Shown here: in pieces, positions 62,666-64,000 of the stretch
How the letters are laid out: every line of letters begins with the position of its first letter
Position numbering within the stretch: position 1 is the first letter of the stretch
NCBI GenBank assembly: GCA_013265495.1
Contig: MU058636.1
Coordinates: 1,178,001-1,242,000, forward strand
Origin: Vicugna vicugna
Taxonomy: Eukaryota
Direction: 5' to 3'
DNA length: 64,000 nt
The notes under the pieces: generated by a model
What the model was told of the DNA's origin: nothing
The model's database searches: none
Seen by the model: the letters and a program-made list of their open reading frames with translations, nothing else
Made by a program: the position numbers and the translations under genes

Positions 62666-63178
62666 TGTGAGTGAAAAATATTGCCTGCCACATCAGTAAA
62701 CAAAAGATGCCGTGGCCATCAAATCATCAGCCACTGCCGCCACCCCCCAGCTGTGAACTGGTGAGCCGGAGGGAACTCAGGATGCAGACAAGCAGGCAGC
62801 TGGGCCATGGCCACCACCCCCAACGGGGCCCCCTGGAGGGACTCAGGATGGGAAAGGACAGGATGCTGGCCCTGGATAGCTAGATGCCTATCAAAGAAAT
62901 GATTTCAATGAGCCCAGATATTTGCACCTTCCCATACATAGAAAAGAGCTAAATTCCTTGACTTGAGATATGTGCTTTCCTTTCATTAACAGTACTCTTC
63001 TGATGGTCCACCGGTCTGGTCTTCGCTGCAAAAACTCCTATATATAGCCTCGCGTCTCCCTTGCCTTTCCAGAGCTGTCTCAGATCTGAGAGACCATCTT
63101 CCAGGCTCAGGTCCTCAGAAAGTCCGTTGAATAAAACTAACTCTCAACTGCTCGGTTGTGCATTTTTTTCCACCGACA
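62666..63178 (+). mobile_element. ERV1 solo LTR (artiodactyl MER41-like)
   Basis: TG...CA ends, TATATA at about 63039, AATAAA at 63130, 4-bp TSD gaac/gagc, internal repeat ggaggg(a)actcaggatg. Confidence 0.75.
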
Positions 63179-63811
63179 GAGCCCAGGAGCAATCCCAGCT
63201 GGCAGTGGTGGCGTCCTCTTATATCACTGGGCTGTGGGTCTTTTTGCTTTTACCCCTAGAGTTGCTTTAAAGCTAAGGAAGGATTTCAAGCTCCATGGAC
63301 TCACGTCCCTCTGACCAATGCCAAGAGTCACCAACCATTTTTAATGTGAAAATTTAGCTGTGAGCAGTGCCTTGCACTGAAGTGTGTTTAATAGGTGACT
63401 GGGGGAAAGGAACATACATGTCATACATTCTGCTTTGGAAACAGTTGGATGTTGGGGTTGGTGCTCCCACCTTGCTTAAAAAGAAGGAGCTGCGGCAGCC
63501 CAGCCCGAGGTTGTGACATCCTGGAGGCAAGAGCGAGCATCTGTCCTCCTCTCTGTGTCCCTGGCAGCACACGTGACAGTGGAGGAAGAGGTAGTTCTTG
63601 ATCCCTGGGAAAAACACACAAGGAATGAGATGAAACATCCCACTTAATTGGCCCATGAACTCTCACAACCTGTTTCTCTGCTCTTTTCTATTGCGTAAGC
63701 ATCTGTCAAAACTTTCTCCTGCTGTCACCACCAGTGTCCCGCAGGCCTGGACCTGCCTTCTCACAGTCACACCACCCTATTCACACAGATCCCTGCGGAC
63801 CGGTCCCGACT

Positions 63812-64000
63812 AATCCAGTTAATGTATTCTATCATATTATTAACTAAATAAGAAAAATCACACAATCATAAATGTAGGAAAAAAACAGTTGATAATATTC
63901 AACATCCATCCATGATAACACTTGGCAAACGAGCAGCAGGAGAGAACAGGTTCAGCATAAAAGGAGCATCTGAACAACCTGCAACTAACGTCATCCAACA
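63812..64000 (+). mobile_element. Old L1 ORF2 (RT region) fragment, runs off the window
   Basis: aaaaatcacacaatcat..ttgataatattcaacatccatccatgataa resembles DNA encoding KNHMII..FDKIQHPFMIK. Confidence 0.7.

Noticed and set aside
1..64000. CRISPR arrays, prokaryotic systems, NUMTs, processed pseudogenes, or a named host gene
   Set aside because: I saw no repeat-spacer array, operon-like ORFs, or mitochondrial or mRNA-derived sequence. No exon is present to identify the locus.

Overview
Mammalian non-coding genomic DNA, most likely camelid (camel/alpaca/llama). The call rests on seven copies of a tRNA-Ala-derived SINE matching the camelid Vic-1 family, plus artiodactyl-type L1 3' ends. I can support no protein-coding exon, RNA gene or CRISPR array. 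The long ORFs are L1 remnants or low-information GC-rich frames. Much of the window is transposable-element debris: young and old L1, MIR, L2, MaLR/ERVL/ERV1 solo LTRs and hAT MER5/MER58. Family names are from memory of consensus sequences, not a database search, and boundaries of old elements are approximate. Between the repeats lie AT-rich unique islands dense in HOX/CDX, GATA, SOX, FOX and TCF motifs, several CTCF-like sites, and a CpG island with a Z-DNA-prone tract near 55.5-56 kb. This looks like the intronic or intergenic regulatory landscape of a gene I cannot name. The strongest unexpected signal is a sharply local A/T-to-G/C substitution bias (21 of 23 differences in one L1 copy at about 9.2 kb), consistent with GC-biased gene conversion at a recombination hotspot. 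I found no convincing new biological system. There is one 170-N assembly gap.
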